In this document: one piece after another, positions 33,993-34,570 of the stretch | Position numbering within the stretch: the stretch's first letter is position 1 | Layout: the number at the start of each line of letters is the position of its first letter | DNA from: Kiritimatiellia bacterium | Lineage (GTDB): Bacteria > Verrucomicrobiota > Kiritimatiellia > RFP12 > UBA1067 | DNA: 34,570 nt | Direction of reading: 5' to 3' | NCBI GenBank assembly: GCA_045220525.1 | Contig: JBGUVV010000338.1 | Span: forward strand, 1 to 34,570 | Program-made: the position numbers and the translations under genes | Notes under the pieces: generated by a model | Told to the model about the DNA's origin: nothing | Seen by the model: the letters and a program-made list of their open reading frames with translations, nothing else | Databases searched by the model: none

Positions 33993-34021
33993 ATTATACC
34001 ATAGTGCGCAAAAAGACGCAA
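33993..34021 (-). promoter_or_regulatory. Putative sigma-70 promoter of pyrH-frr (leaderless-type spacing)
   Basis: The minus strand reads TTGCGT (34021..34016), a 17-nt spacer, then TGgTATAAT (-10 hexamer 33998..33993). Only 9 nt separate the -10 from the pyrH ATG at 33983, with no Shine-Dalgarno. Confidence 0.6.
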
Positions 34022-34022
34022 T

Positions 34023-34031
34023 CCCCCCCCC
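34023..34031. repeat. C9/G9 homopolymer immediately upstream of the pyrH -35
   Basis: Nine consecutive C on the plus strand, confirmed by the overlapping track ORF reading TGG GGG GGG GAT (WGGD). Confidence 0.9.
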
Positions 34032-34069
34032 AAGTCACTTCCGGCCTCCTGGCGGCAGCGGGAAAAGGC

Positions 34070-34570
34070 TCAGAAACGCGGGAACCTTGAAAGCGACTCC
34101 ACCCTCCCCTCAGGTTCGCAGCGTAGCCGCCATATCCTCCCGTGCTCGTCGCGAAGCTCCCTGAGCATCGCCTCGTTGCGGCGATGGCAGGCGCAGTCAA
34201 GTAGAAGCGCCGCGTAGGAGATTTCCCGCGCCCACTCGCTGCGGTCGGTCCACCGCTCCAGGGCGATGCGCACGCCGCGGCATATCCCGGATATCTCGTC
34301 GAGCACGAACTGGGTGATTCCCGGATGGCGCGAGTATCCGGCGTCGCCCGCGAGGATGTTAAAAAACTCCGACGAGTCCGCGCGCAGCGCGCCGCCGCGG
34401 AGGTAGAGGGTGCCAAGCTTCTGGAGGAGCCCTCCGCACGGAAGGTCCATCACCGAGCAGAGGTCCTTCTCGAGGTCCATCTTCGCCGCGGACTTCCCCG
34501 CCGTCATCATGTTGCCGCCGAGGACGATCCCCGGCAGCGAGACGCAGAGAGGATGCCACCCGTAGCCGTC
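34070..34570 (-). CDS. Hypothetical protein, C-terminal part (open at the window end)
   Basis: The frame of track ORF 34070..34510 stays open upstream to position 34570 (my translation is DGYGWHPLCVSLPGIVLGGN before MMTAGK...). I recognise no family. Confidence 0.55.
   Translation of the reverse strand, partial: DGYGWHPLCVSLPGIVLGGNMMTAGKSAAKMDLEKDLCSVMDLPCGGLLQKLGTLYLRGGALRADSSEFFNILAGDAGYSRHPGITQFVLDEISGICRGVRIALERWTDRSEWAREISYAALLLDCACHRRNEAMLRELRDEHGRIWRLRCEPEGRVESLSRFPRF

Overview
GC-rich bacterial chromosomal window with about 34 protein genes and no rRNA, tRNA, CRISPR or mobile-element genes. Every gene except one (nnrD, + strand) is on the minus strand, and most are tightly packed or translationally coupled. 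In transcription order (high to low coordinates) the window holds: a partial unknown gene; pyrH-frr, followed by a Pro-rich tail-anchored repeat protein and an ABC-2 permease/ATPase/permease set; nnrD, divergent from a dnaK-groES-groEL chaperone operon; a ~16 kb, 16-gene Tad/Flp-type pilus-like locus; pcnB, a YfgM-like TPR protein, a TRIC/UPF0126 channel and a GH78-like glycosidase; and a TetR-regulated tripartite RND efflux operon whose pump gene runs off the window start. The most unusual content is the Tad-like locus. It has two Flp pilins, an A24 peptidase with Glu at the first catalytic Asp position, four TadE/TadG-like proteins including an 859-aa giant, and a CpaF ATPase fused to a degenerate FHA-like domain. 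I found no recognisable TadZ/CpaE or TadD, and four co-transcribed proteins match no family I recognise. The second notable item is a textbook sigma-54 -24/-12 element (TGGCACG-N4-TTGCA) upstream of dnaK, with a 32-bp near-perfect palindrome at enhancer distance and no CIRCE or HAIR operator. Sigma-70-type promoters here repeatedly show an extended -10 (TGnTAnAnT). Three of them sit only 9-10 nt from the ATG, which suggests leaderless mRNAs. The many long plus-strand ORFs in the track are antisense artefacts of the high G+C content. Taxonomy cannot be fixed from the sequence alone.
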